From a virus, in IMG/VR virus record IMGVR_UViG_3300037258_000374, positions 10,805 to 74,804 of that record: 64,000 nt of DNA; one strand, given 5' to 3'. Shown here piece after piece: positions 29,109-39,009 of this stretch. The translations under genes were made by a program, and so were the position numbers. Below the pieces are notes generated by a model. It was not told the DNA's origin, made no database searches, and saw only the letters and a program-made list of their open reading frames with translations. Within the stretch, counting starts at the first letter, position 1, and every line of letters begins with the position of its first letter.

Positions 29109-30128
29109 ATGCACAGTGTGTTCGCCCCGCACCTCAACAAGAATATCAAGCTCGGCGGCCGCAAGGCGCCGCGCATCCCGCACACCAAGCTGAAGGCGTC
29201 GAAGGTGATCGACGTGCCATCGCTCGTCGTGCCGGACACGACCAGCTTTCGCAACAGCGCGCCGACCGTTCTGCGGAACGTCTATGGCAATGACGAGCTC
29301 GGCGACTGCGTGCCGGCGTGGCTCGGGCACTTCCTTGGCCTCGTCACCGCGAACGCGGGCGATCCGTTCACGCCGACGCTCGACCAGGTCATCGCGATGT
29401 ACTCGGCGATCGGCGGCTACAAGCCCGGCGACCCGAGCACCGACCAGGGCTGCGACGAGGACACCGCGATCAGCTACGTCGAGCAGACCGGGTGGCCGAA
29501 CGGTACCAAGGCGCTCGGCGCGATCTCGGTCGACGCGACCAACGCAGCTGAGGTCCACGCGGTCAACTGGCTGTTCGAGGGCACGATGTTCGGAGTCGGT
29601 CTGCCCGAAGCGTGGATCTCTCCGTTCCCGTCTTCCGATGGCGTCGTGTGGGATGTCGCTGGCGATCCGGTCCCGGAGAACGGCCACTGCTTCGGCGGCG
29701 TCGACAACGATCCGCGTGGGCTCGTGGTCGATAGCTGGGGGCTGTTCCTCATCGTCACGTTCGGGGCGATCGCGAAGTACGCGGTGAGCAACTCCGGCGG
29801 TCAGCTGTTCGCGATCCTGACGCCCGACCAGCTCGCCAAGGGCATGGCGAAAGCGCCCAACGGCGTGGACTGGGCGACCATCATCCAGTCGTTCGACGCG
29901 CGTGGCGGCAGCGTGCCGATGGTGACGCCGCCGGCGCCACTGCCGCCCGCACCGCCAGCCCCGATGCCGCCGCCGGGCCCGGCGCCGAGCACGCCGACGC
30001 TGCAGCAAGCCGAAGCTGCCGTCGCGCACGGCATCGGAAGCGTCGCGGGGTTCGGTCCGTACATCCAGAGGAACTCCGCGCAGCACGCGGCGCAGGCGGC
30101 GCTCGTCAGCCTGTTCGAGAAGCCGTAG
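29109..30128 (+). CDS. Papain-like cysteine peptidase
   Basis: GNDELGDC (Cys), DQGC, ENGHC (His), VDSWG; Pro-rich linker. Confidence 0.7.
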   Translation: MHSVFAPHLNKNIKLGGRKAPRIPHTKLKASKVIDVPSLVVPDTTSFRNSAPTVLRNVYGNDELGDCVPAWLGHFLGLVTANAGDPFTPTLDQVIAMYSAIGGYKPGDPSTDQGCDEDTAISYVEQTGWPNGTKALGAISVDATNAAEVHAVNWLFEGTMFGVGLPEAWISPFPSSDGVVWDVAGDPVPENGHCFGGVDNDPRGLVVDSWGLFLIVTFGAIAKYAVSNSGGQLFAILTPDQLAKGMAKAPNGVDWATIIQSFDARGGSVPMVTPPAPLPPAPPAPMPPPGPAPSTPTLQQAEAAVAHGIGSVAGFGPYIQRNSAQHAAQAALVSLFEKP

Positions 30129-30154
30129 CCGACACGTTGTAATCTGTAGTTCGG

Positions 30155-31894
30155 ATGTCCGCGGCTGCAGCGCCGAGAATCTCAGCGGAGGCACGCACCG
30201 CCATCGCGGGTGGTGCGTGCGCCGAGATCATGCGGCGCAGCTTCCTCGCGTTCGTTCGCGGCGGAGCCTACGAACAGATCGACGGCACGCCGCTCGAGGA
30301 CAATCCTCACATCGACGCGATCTGCCTGCATCTGCAGGCGGTGTTCTTCGGCTGGCTCGTCGCCGAGGGCCGCGTCAGCGAGAAGACCGCGCGCGGGCGC
30401 CAGATCATCCGCGAGGTCAACGCGCATTGGGCGAGCCACGGCCTCGGCCGACATCGCGGCGAGCTGCTCGTCCAGAACCTGCTGATCAACATCGCGCCTG
30501 GCACGCTCAAGAGCCGCATCGTGATGGTGCTATTCCCGGCGTGGGTCTGGCTCCACGCGCCGGGATTCAAGTGGGGATGCGGAAGCGCGAGCGACCAGAA
30601 CGTCGAGCGTGATTCTAGCGATCACAGAGCTGTCGTAGAAAGCTCCTGGTACCGCGAGACCTTCGACGTTGAATGGACTGTCCACAAAGACAAGGGCGGC
30701 GTCAACAGGTGGTCGACGACAGCGGGCGGTCTACGCAAGAGCCACACCATGCTGTCCAAAAAGTGGACTGGCATGCATGCCGATGGAATCCTGGTCGACG
30801 ATCCGGACGATGCCCACGGCGTGTTCAACCAGCCAGAGCGATTGAATACGCAGAGCAAGTGGACGAAGGCGATGGAGAACCGCATCGTCTCTCCGATTCG
30901 CAGCTTTCGAATCATCATCCAGCAGCGCGTTCACGTTCATGACCTAAGCGCATACGTGCTTGCGCAGAAGCGGTGGTCGAAGGTCCATCGTGATGGGTGG
31001 GCATGGCTGTGTATTCCGCTCGAGTGGGGCAAGCAGCCGGCGAACGCCCCGGCCGAGACTCCATTCGGATGGAGAGACTGGCGGACCGAAGAAGGAGAGG
31101 TGCTCCAACCCGAGCGCTTTACGGCTCGGGTCATCGCCGACAACAAGCTGACGCACGGCTTGCACGGATACGAGTCGCAGTACAATCAGAACCCCGAGCC
31201 GATCGACGGCGGCATGATAAGCCGCGGATGGTTCGGGTGGTTCCGTCCGTACGACATGCCAGATAACGGGCGAACTCGTCCGGATGGCTGCGCGAAGGAT
31301 AATGACTCGCCGCTCGTCGAGCTCGGACCGAAGCTCGATGGACGCGGCTACGCACTCGACGAGTTGGTCATCAGCATCGATTCGACCTTCGGCTCCACGT
31401 CAACGACCGCGAGCGCGGTTGGCTTGCTGGTGGTCGGCGTCAAGGACCTGAAGTTCTACGTTCTCGAAGACCTTACCGAGGTGCGCAGCTTTGACAAGAC
31501 GCTCGATGCGCTGCGCGAGATAGTCGTCCGCTGGAGACCGCGCAAGCTGCTGATCGAAGACAAGGCGAACGGCGATAGCGTGATGTCGACGCTGCGGCGT
31601 GAGATCGCCGAGGGCAAGATCAAGGATGCCGATGGCGCGCCGATCATCGTCGTGATCGAGCCGTACAACCCCGGCAAGGACAGCAAGGAAGCGCGCGCGC
31701 ATGCGCTGTCGATCCACGTGCAGGCCGGGCTCGTCTATCTGCTGCAAGGCGCCCAGTGGCTCGACGATTTTCTCGCCGAGGTCTGCGTCTATCCGAAGTC
31801 GCCGCGCGACGATCGCGTCGACGCGCTCGGCCAGGTCGTCGCGCGCTACCTCAAGAAGAAGAGCATCAATCCGCTACTCGCATCGCGGTGGTAG
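30155..31894 (+). CDS. terL: Terminase large subunit
   Basis: LLINIAPGTLKS, ILVDDPDD, IIIQQRVHVHDL, YESQYNQNP, nuclease residues ISIDST, LLIEDKANG, DDRVDA. Confidence 0.92.
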   Translation: MSAAAAPRISAEARTAIAGGACAEIMRRSFLAFVRGGAYEQIDGTPLEDNPHIDAICLHLQAVFFGWLVAEGRVSEKTARGRQIIREVNAHWASHGLGRHRGELLVQNLLINIAPGTLKSRIVMVLFPAWVWLHAPGFKWGCGSASDQNVERDSSDHRAVVESSWYRETFDVEWTVHKDKGGVNRWSTTAGGLRKSHTMLSKKWTGMHADGILVDDPDDAHGVFNQPERLNTQSKWTKAMENRIVSPIRSFRIIIQQRVHVHDLSAYVLAQKRWSKVHRDGWAWLCIPLEWGKQPANAPAETPFGWRDWRTEEGEVLQPERFTARVIADNKLTHGLHGYESQYNQNPEPIDGGMISRGWFGWFRPYDMPDNGRTRPDGCAKDNDSPLVELGPKLDGRGYALDELVISIDSTFGSTSTTASAVGLLVVGVKDLKFYVLEDLTEVRSFDKTLDALREIVVRWRPRKLLIEDKANGDSVMSTLRREIAEGKIKDADGAPIIVVIEPYNPGKDSKEARAHALSIHVQAGLVYLLQGAQWLDDFLAEVCVYPKSPRDDRVDALGQVVARYLKKKSINPLLASRW

Positions 31895-32199
31895 GCTCGC
31901 GGCATGGGCGATCAACCAACGAAAGATCCGATCCTGTTCGGCACCGAGAAGGACTATGCATGGGACGCGTACGAGAAGGCGTTCGACGCGAACGCGCTCC
32001 AGCCGGACCACGCAGTCTTCGACAAGTGGTTCGACGACGTATATCTGCAGCTCGGCTCGTACAGCCTGCACGATCGGCTACACGCCGCGTGGGGAGCTGG
32101 CGTTCAAGCGAGGAACATCGCGTGCACCGTTGGATTCGGCGCGTGGTGGCAGAAAATCCTCGACTCGCAGCCGGTGATCAGCGAGCAGCAGCAGCCATC

Positions 32200-32406
32200 A
32201 TGAAGCTTCGCATGACGAGTGGTCGCGACGAGCGCGAACCGAAGCAAGGCGACGTGGTCAAGCTCGCGAGCGGCGGACCGCAGATGACGGTCTGCAAGAT
32301 CAGCGATGACGGGAACGCATGCACGTGCGTATGGTTCCCCGATCACGCATCGAAGCCCGAGCGATCGAGCTTCGAGACCTACCTGCTCGTGATCGTCACT
32401 CCCTGA
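32200..32406 (+). CDS. DUF2158/YodC family protein
   Basis: GDVVKLASGGPQMTV...CVWF. Confidence 0.8.
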   Translation: MKLRMTSGRDEREPKQGDVVKLASGGPQMTVCKISDDGNACTCVWFPDHASKPERSSFETYLLVIVTP

Positions 32407-32671
32407 TACAGCCGTCGATCGTCAGCACAGGCACGCGCACATCGGTGTCGTCGTTCACCACGACCAGCTCGTAGCATTGGACCACTTGCTCGACGATGAC
32501 CGGCGCGACGATCTGCGTCGCACGCGAGAGCATGGCGGCGATCGAGATGATGATCACCGCGACGACTGCGGACGAGACGCACGCCGCAAGCAGGAGTTGT
32601 GTTGGCGTCGGCGGTGGTGGCAGTACCTCGGAGCGAAGCGTTGGATCTTGTTCGAAAGGCGACATCCTCAT
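32396..32671 (-). CDS. Small membrane protein
   Basis: One TM segment; TATCAT -10 lies 6 nt upstream. Confidence 0.5.
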   Translation of the reverse strand: MRMSPFEQDPTLRSEVLPPPPTPTQLLLAACVSSAVVAVIIISIAAMLSRATQIVAPVIVEQVVQCYELVVVNDDTDVRVPVLTIDGCIRE

Positions 32672-32750
32672 GCTCGGATGATAGCCGAGCGCAATGACAT
32701 CTTGTTCGGCGGTTTACAGCCGTGGTTCTGCGTGGGATAGGATGCTCGGT

Positions 32751-34955
32751 ATGTCAACCTGGTTCGGTCGCATGTTCGGCCGCCGCGATGCCGCACCGCG
32801 ACAGCTGAGCAGCGGCGAACTCCGGCCGTTCTCGGGCGCGCAGCGCCTCGATTCATTCCTGGCGGAGCGTAGCGACGGATGGGGCAACGTCATCACCGGT
32901 CTGATGACCGGTCGTGACAAGCGCCGCGGCGCGGTGCAGCAGTACCGGCCGATGGTCGACCTCGAGGCGCGCGAGTGGTGGCTCGGCGACGACATCGCCA
33001 AGCGCATCATCGAGACGCTGCCGAAGCTCGCGATGCATCGCGGCTACGACCTCAAGATCGCCGACGACGAAGACAGGGAGATGTCCGAGCAACTCGTCGC
33101 CAAGATGGAAGATCTGCAGTTCGATCAGAAGGTCACCAAGGCGATGATGATGAAGCGCGCGTACGGGGGCGCCGCGCTGTTCCCGGTCATCGATGGCGCG
33201 CAAGACGATCTGCGCCTGCCGATCGACCTCACCAGGATCCGCAATGTGGTCGCGCTGCATCTGCTCGAACCGCGCGAGCTGCTGCCGACGAGCTGGTACA
33301 CCGACCTTCGGAATCCGAAGTTCGGTACGCCCGAACGGTTCATGTTCATCCCGGTGCTCACGGGTGGAGTGCCGCCGCCGCAGACGCTGTCGGAGATCCA
33401 CGAGTCTCGGCTCATCCTGTTCCAGGGCACGAAGGTCAGCCGCCTGTACCAGCCCGGAGATCGCATCGGCTGGGGCGACAGCGTCCTCACGCCGATCCGC
33501 GACGTGATCATGGACTTCGGGCTCGCGTGGAGCTCGGCGTCTGCGCTGCTGCAGGACTTCGCGCAGGCCGTGCTCAAGATCGAAGGGCTCGCGAATCTGA
33601 TCACCACCGATCAGGACAAGGTCGCGCGCGCGCGCATCGAGCAGATCGACTTCATCCGCTCGGTGATGCGGATGATCGTGATCGACAAGAACGACGAGTT
33701 CTCGCGCGAGGAGACGCCGATCAGCGGGCTCGCGCAGCTGCTCGATCGCTTCTGCGTGCGCATGGCCGCTGGCGCCGACATGCCGATCACATGGCTGATG
33801 GGCCAGTCGCCAGCGGGACTGAATTCGACCGGCGAGAGCGACCGCGAGATCATGTACGACCGCGCGCGCGCCGAGCAGCACGAGACGGAGCCGCAGATCG
33901 AGCAGGGCATCCGGCTCGTGATGCTCTCGAGTGAGGGTCCTTGCGAAGGCAAAGAGCCCGACGTGTGGGGTATCAACTTCCGACCGCTGAGCTCGCCGGA
34001 CGATCAGGACATCGCGAAGACGCACAACCTCGACGCGGTCAGCGATGACTACTACATCAAGAACGGCACGCTCACGACGGACGAGGTGCGCAATCGCTGG
34101 CGCGGCGACAAGTACGGCGACATCCAGCTCGACGACGATGCGTGGCAGAAGCAACAGGACCTGCAAGCGAAGCAGATCGACGCTGCTGCGCGCGCCGCGC
34201 TCAAGGCTCCGGCGGACAGCGCGACCGGCGGCGGCACAGCGCGACCGCTCGACGTGCCGAACGCCGACGGGAAGGTGCAGCCCGGCGACTCCACGCAGAA
34301 GCTACCCGACAGCGACAATGCGCCGGCGCAAGGCGTTACGCCGCTCAACGCCGGGGCCGGCCAAATCATGATCAAGCCGCACGTCCGCAGCATCCCGAAG
34401 CGCGGCGCGATCGCGGCGCCGGTCACCGCCGGCGGCAGCGCGGCTGGACGAGCCGATCGCGATCGGTTCGATGACGAGCTCGCGGACGAGATCGCCAAGG
34501 AGCTAGCCAGCGACTATCCGCCCGAGGCGCTCACGTGGATTCGCTCGATCAAGTGGGAGGGACCGGAGCGCGTCGACCTGGCCGACATCGACTTCTCGAA
34601 CGCCGATCAGTGGCAGGCATCGCGCGAGCCGGACAAGGTCGAGAAGTTCGTGCAGCGCATCAACGCCGGATGGTCGAAGCCGATCCTGCTCGTCAAGCGG
34701 CCCGGGATGGACAAGCTGATGATCGTCGATGGCCACCATCGCGCGCTCGCGTATCAGAAGCTCGGCCGCCGCGTCATCGCATTCGTGGGCACCGCGACGA
34801 GCAACGTCGGGCCCTGGGATGACTTCCACAATTCGCAGCGGAGCAGCCCGGATAAGCAGATCCAGCGCGCAGCAATGACGAACGGAACCGCCGCAGCGCC
34901 ATCCACCGACACTGCGGCACCGATGGCGCAACCGGTCGCGTCGTCGATGAGGTAA
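32751..34955 (+). CDS. Portal protein (DUF1073 type) with C-terminal ParB/Srx-like domain
   Basis: Follows terL; RAYGGA, IHESRLI, GWGDSVL, ADMPITWLMGQSPAGLNSTGESD; tail KPILLV...MIVDGHHRALA. Confidence 0.88.
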   Translation: MSTWFGRMFGRRDAAPRQLSSGELRPFSGAQRLDSFLAERSDGWGNVITGLMTGRDKRRGAVQQYRPMVDLEAREWWLGDDIAKRIIETLPKLAMHRGYDLKIADDEDREMSEQLVAKMEDLQFDQKVTKAMMMKRAYGGAALFPVIDGAQDDLRLPIDLTRIRNVVALHLLEPRELLPTSWYTDLRNPKFGTPERFMFIPVLTGGVPPPQTLSEIHESRLILFQGTKVSRLYQPGDRIGWGDSVLTPIRDVIMDFGLAWSSASALLQDFAQAVLKIEGLANLITTDQDKVARARIEQIDFIRSVMRMIVIDKNDEFSREETPISGLAQLLDRFCVRMAAGADMPITWLMGQSPAGLNSTGESDREIMYDRARAEQHETEPQIEQGIRLVMLSSEGPCEGKEPDVWGINFRPLSSPDDQDIAKTHNLDAVSDDYYIKNGTLTTDEVRNRWRGDKYGDIQLDDDAWQKQQDLQAKQIDAAARAALKAPADSATGGGTARPLDVPNADGKVQPGDSTQKLPDSDNAPAQGVTPLNAGAGQIMIKPHVRSIPKRGAIAAPVTAGGSAAGRADRDRFDDELADEIAKELASDYPPEALTWIRSIKWEGPERVDLADIDFSNADQWQASREPDKVEKFVQRINAGWSKPILLVKRPGMDKLMIVDGHHRALAYQKLGRRVIAFVGTATSNVGPWDDFHNSQRSSPDKQIQRAAMTNGTAAAPSTDTAAPMAQPVASSMR

Positions 34956-34959
34956 CCGA

Positions 34960-36873
34960 GTGGTCGCGAAGGCCATCAAGCCGCTCAAGCTGTCGCAGCT
35001 GTCGCCGGACGGACAACGGTTGCACCGTCTCGTCCACATGCACCGCTCGATCGGAACCGCGTCGGCTCCGACACTGATCCCGCGCGTGCAGTATCCGCAC
35101 GCGCTCGAAGTGAGCTACGCGAATCAGCTCGTCGGGATGATCACGGTCGCCCGCGAGGCCACCAAGCCAGCGATGGACCAGCTCGGCAAGCTGCTCGATA
35201 GCGCCCGCGCCGCGCGCGGTGACGCCGACGATCCATCGCCGTCCCGGCAGCAGTGGTACGCCGGGCTGCCGGTCGTAGTCGAGAATCCTGCCGGCAGTGT
35301 GCGCCGTTGGACCGACGAGCACGACAACACGACCGGCGAGACGCGTATGCACTACGCGTACGGCTATATCGACGGCGTGCGCGGAGCCGATGGCGAAGAT
35401 GTCGACTGCTATCTCGGGCCCGACGAGAACGCGCCGTGGGTCTACATCGTCCGGCAGCTACGGCCGCAGCAGGCCGAGCCTGACAAGGGCCTTGGTGATC
35501 GACGGGGGTTTGACCTTCAAGCGACGCGCGATCTCAGCGCGTGTGAGCCCTCGGCCGAAGAGCTCGACCAGCTTCGCGCGATCGAAGCGCAGTTTTCGTG
35601 GCGGAGCGGAGGTGGAGTATCCGCGGCGCTTGAGCACGCGGTTGATCGCGCTATCGCTAACGCCAAAATGGCGCGCGATGCTGGCAATGGTGGCGCCCTT
35701 AGCGCGGAGGCGAAGTGCTTTCTGGATGTCCCAGAGGCGAGGTCCTCCGTGCTCGCGTCGATGGTCGGCTTGCTTCATGACGCTAAGATTCGAGATGTCG
35801 TTGTTGAGACCGTTCCCGTCGATATGGTGAACGATCTCATCTCGAGAAAGACTTCGCCCGAGCGAGCGCTCCATGACTACGCGGTGCTCCAGGCGCTGGC
35901 GTCCGCAATCGTAGATGAGGCGATAGAGCGTGTCACCACCGAGCCTTCGAACGTGTCCATTCTTGCGCGGCCTGCCCATGAAGCCGACCATAACTCATCA
36001 TCGTTGCCGTGGGTCTTTGACGAGCAAAAGATCATGCTTGGATTTTCGAGCGCAGACATCGCGAAGGCGGCCTACCTGCTCCAGTACGATGATCCGAAGT
36101 TCTACGGCGGGATGACCGTCATGTCGCTCGACGACTTCAAAGCCGAACTCGCCGAGCACACGGGCGGCATGATCTCGCACAGAGATTCGGCTCCGCGCGC
36201 ATGGCGCATGGACGCCGGCGAAGGAGCTCGAGCGCGCGCGCTGATCGAGGGAGCTCGGCTGAGGTTGACGGATGCGATCCATCCGAATCGCGTCGACGCG
36301 ATCGCAACGAAGTTCGCCAAGCAGACGAGCGATTGGCAGCGAATGCAGCTACGCCGACAGGCGAAGGCCGCGCTCGGCATCGACGTCACGACGACCGACA
36401 CCAACATCCCGGCGCTCATCGAGCACTTCGTCTCGGAGAACGTCTCGCTGATCAAGTCATTCGGCAACAAGACGATGGACGATGTCGAGAAGATCGTCAC
36501 GCGCGCCATCACGAGCGGCCGCCAGACCGAGGATGTAGCGAAGGACATCGGCGATCGATTCGACATCGGTGAGCGGCACGCTCGGATGATCGCGCGAGAT
36601 CAGATCGGCAAGCTCAACGGCCAGATCAGCGCGACTCGGCACCGCGAGCTCGGCCTGCGCCGATTCATCTGGCGCACGGTCGGCGACGACCGCGTGCGCG
36701 ACGAGCATACCGACCTGCAAGAGGAGAGCGAGTCGGAGCCGTTCGAATACGGCGATCCGCCGGACACCGACGACGGCCCGGCGATGCCAGGCGAGCCCAT
36801 CCTTTGTCGTTGCAGCGACGAGCCGGTGTATGCCGACATCACGGATCCATCCGGCGAAGACGACAACGACTGA
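34960..36873 (+). CDS. Head morphogenesis (MuF/SPP1 gp7-like) protein with an inserted inorganic-pyrophosphatase-like domain, itself interrupted by an in-frame insertion
   Basis: C-terminal ARMIARDQIGKLN...FIWRTVGDDRVRDEH...PGEPILCRC; central VENPAGSVR...YGYI...GADGEDVDCYLG // FDEQKIMLGF. Confidence 0.85.
   Translation: MVAKAIKPLKLSQLSPDGQRLHRLVHMHRSIGTASAPTLIPRVQYPHALEVSYANQLVGMITVAREATKPAMDQLGKLLDSARAARGDADDPSPSRQQWYAGLPVVVENPAGSVRRWTDEHDNTTGETRMHYAYGYIDGVRGADGEDVDCYLGPDENAPWVYIVRQLRPQQAEPDKGLGDRRGFDLQATRDLSACEPSAEELDQLRAIEAQFSWRSGGGVSAALEHAVDRAIANAKMARDAGNGGALSAEAKCFLDVPEARSSVLASMVGLLHDAKIRDVVVETVPVDMVNDLISRKTSPERALHDYAVLQALASAIVDEAIERVTTEPSNVSILARPAHEADHNSSSLPWVFDEQKIMLGFSSADIAKAAYLLQYDDPKFYGGMTVMSLDDFKAELAEHTGGMISHRDSAPRAWRMDAGEGARARALIEGARLRLTDAIHPNRVDAIATKFAKQTSDWQRMQLRRQAKAALGIDVTTTDTNIPALIEHFVSENVSLIKSFGNKTMDDVEKIVTRAITSGRQTEDVAKDIGDRFDIGERHARMIARDQIGKLNGQISATRHRELGLRRFIWRTVGDDRVRDEHTDLQEESESEPFEYGDPPDTDDGPAMPGEPILCRCSDEPVYADITDPSGEDDND
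35458..35991 (-). mobile_element. Antisense HNH homing-endonuclease-like gene nested inside the head morphogenesis gene
   Basis: EHRVVMERSLGRSLSRDEIVHHIDGNGLNNDISNL plus two HTH units; codon style differs from the flanks. Confidence 0.85.
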
Positions 36874-36952
36874 CCGGAACGCTCGACGGTAAACGGTCGC
36901 CTGAACCTGAGGGTCTTGTTCCCGGAACGGTGTTGGTGTTAGCGTGCTCTTC

Positions 36953-38440
36953 GTGTTCGGTTTCCGAACTGATGTAGCAACGCTCCGGCCCCCTAAGCGC
37001 ATGCCCGATGGAAGGCTGCGCTTCGATGCGTTCATCACGAAGCCCGGCGTCTTCGAGTATGCCGACCCGACGTATCCGGGCGGCATTCGTCGCGAGCTCC
37101 GTGACGATCGCGAGGTGTACTCGCAGCGCACGATGGAATCGTTCGCGCAGGTTCCGGTCACGCATGGTCATCCGCCGACCATGCTCAATGCCGAGAACGC
37201 GAAGTACCACATGGTCGGCAGCACGGGCGATCAGGTGCAGCGCCTGTCGCCTGGCGTGGGCGAGCCGGACCATCTCGCGACCTCGGGCATGGTCGCCGAC
37301 CGCGCGACGATCGATGCGATGGAGTCGGGCGACACCGAGGTCAGCTGCGGCTACGGCTGCGCGATCGACGAGACGCCGGGCACGCATCCGGTGTACGGCA
37401 AGTACGACTGCGTTCAGAGCAATATCATCGGCAATCATCTCGCGGTGGCGGTCGGTCGCGGCCGCGCAGGTCGCACGGCGCGCGCGCGCATGGATGCCGA
37501 ACTCACCGCAGACGAGCGTAACAAGCTTCGCGATTCGCAGTTCGCAGTTCCCAGCACCGGTCAGCTGCCGATCAACGACGAAGCGCACACGCGCGCGGCG
37601 ATGTCTCGCTACAACCAAACCGACTTCCCGTCAGCCGCGGCGAAGAAGACGGCCTACGACAAGATTTGCGCGGCGGCGAAAAAGTTCGGCATCGACTCGA
37701 CGGACTTCGAGAAGAAGTACGGCGGGGACGATCGGGCCGATTCACATCAACGAGGAGCCAGTATGGCGGACGAGAAGAAGAACGAGACCACGACCACCAC
37801 CACCGCTCCCGCCGGCGACATGTCGATCGCCGTGCTCGGCCACAAGCTGCGCGACGCCGAGACGCGCGCCGACGCTGCCGACCGCGCGCGCGACGAAGCC
37901 GTGACCGCTCGCCAGCACGCCGAGGGCAAGGTCAAGACGCTCGAGGAGCAGATCGTCGATCTGCGCACCCAGGTCTCGGCCCGCGTCGACGCGACCGAGA
38001 CGGCCGCCATCACCGCGATGCGCGAGCGCGCGCAGACGGCCGAGGCTGCGGTCTCGCACTTCGACTCGCGCTTCGACGCAGCGGTCAAGCAGCGCGTCTT
38101 GATCGTCGCGAAGGCGCAGGCGTACCTCGGCCCGAAGTTCCGCTTCGACGACATGAGCGAGCGCCAGATCATGGCGGCCGTCGTGTCGAAGCTGAACCCC
38201 AAGGCCGACGTGAGCGCGAAGGTTCCCGACGGCGAGATCAAGGGCCGCTTCGATGCCGAGACCGAGCGCGAAGACGGCTATGCGCAGAGCCTCGCGCGTT
38301 CGGCCGAGGTGCTCGCGGCCAACGTCACCGAGAAGCCGCGCACCGACGCGAAGTCCCAGTCGCAGGAGACGCTGCGCAACCTCTGGAAGCAGCCGCTTCC
38401 CAACGACATCCGTGCCGCGCACATCGCCGGCGGAAAGTGA
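36953..38440 (+). CDS. Prohead protease/scaffold (DUF2213 type) with a DUF6582-like insert
   Basis: GVFEY, PVTHGHP, EVSCGY, NHLAVAVGRGRAG; LTADERNKLRDSQFA...LPINDEAH insert; coiled-coil scaffold tail. GTG 36953 is supported by TAGCGT-N7. Confidence 0.85.
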   Translation: MFGFRTDVATLRPPKRMPDGRLRFDAFITKPGVFEYADPTYPGGIRRELRDDREVYSQRTMESFAQVPVTHGHPPTMLNAENAKYHMVGSTGDQVQRLSPGVGEPDHLATSGMVADRATIDAMESGDTEVSCGYGCAIDETPGTHPVYGKYDCVQSNIIGNHLAVAVGRGRAGRTARARMDAELTADERNKLRDSQFAVPSTGQLPINDEAHTRAAMSRYNQTDFPSAAAKKTAYDKICAAAKKFGIDSTDFEKKYGGDDRADSHQRGASMADEKKNETTTTTTAPAGDMSIAVLGHKLRDAETRADAADRARDEAVTARQHAEGKVKTLEEQIVDLRTQVSARVDATETAAITAMRERAQTAEAAVSHFDSRFDAAVKQRVLIVAKAQAYLGPKFRFDDMSERQIMAAVVSKLNPKADVSAKVPDGEIKGRFDAETEREDGYAQSLARSAEVLAANVTEKPRTDAKSQSQETLRNLWKQPLPNDIRAAHIAGGK

Positions 38441-38449
38441 GCTGACGCC

Positions 38450-38989
38450 ATGACGATGCCCGTTCCTCAGACCTCGGTGCTGACCAGCCAGGACTTCGGC
38501 GTCCCGGGTCAGCTCGCCGATTTCCAGTCCGTCTCCGATGCGGTCGTCGACATGGCGATCAACACGGACACCGTCGACATGCCGTTCGGCACCTGCGTCA
38601 AGCAGGGCACGAGCGACGACGGTGCGCTCATGCCGACCTCGCTCGCCGACTTGCTCAAGGGCATCGTCGTGCAGGCGAACGACTTCGAGCGGCTCACGCA
38701 GCTGAACTCGGACGGCATCACGCCGGGCACGCCGCTCGGCCTGCTGAAGCGGGGGCGGGTGTGGATCCTCCCCTACACCGACGTCACGCCGACGAGCGAA
38801 GTGCACGTGCAGGTCGTCGCGAACACCGACCATCCGGTCGGCACGATTCGCGGCACGGCCGACGCGAACAAGACGCTCGATATCACCGCGTTCGCGAAGT
38901 GGCTCACCACGGCCACGGTCGCGAGCGGCAATCCCGCCAAGCTCGACGTCGACTTCACGAACGTCAGCCTCGCCACCCAGGACACCTGA
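38450..38989 (+). CDS. Capsid decoration/cement protein
   Basis: Between protease and MCP; G.PGQLAD, MPFG, LLKRGRVWI. Confidence 0.75.
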   Translation: MTMPVPQTSVLTSQDFGVPGQLADFQSVSDAVVDMAINTDTVDMPFGTCVKQGTSDDGALMPTSLADLLKGIVVQANDFERLTQLNSDGITPGTPLGLLKRGRVWILPYTDVTPTSEVHVQVVANTDHPVGTIRGTADANKTLDITAFAKWLTTATVASGNPAKLDVDFTNVSLATQDT

Positions 38990-39009
38990 GAGAAAGGGCC
39001 GACGCCACC

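Noticed and set aside
35980-36003. Intein in the head morphogenesis gene (His-Asn-Ser near the insert end)
   Set aside because: No N-terminal Cys/Ser block A, no block B TxxH or block F. The HN codons (CAT AAC) are the reverse complement of the antisense HNH start region.
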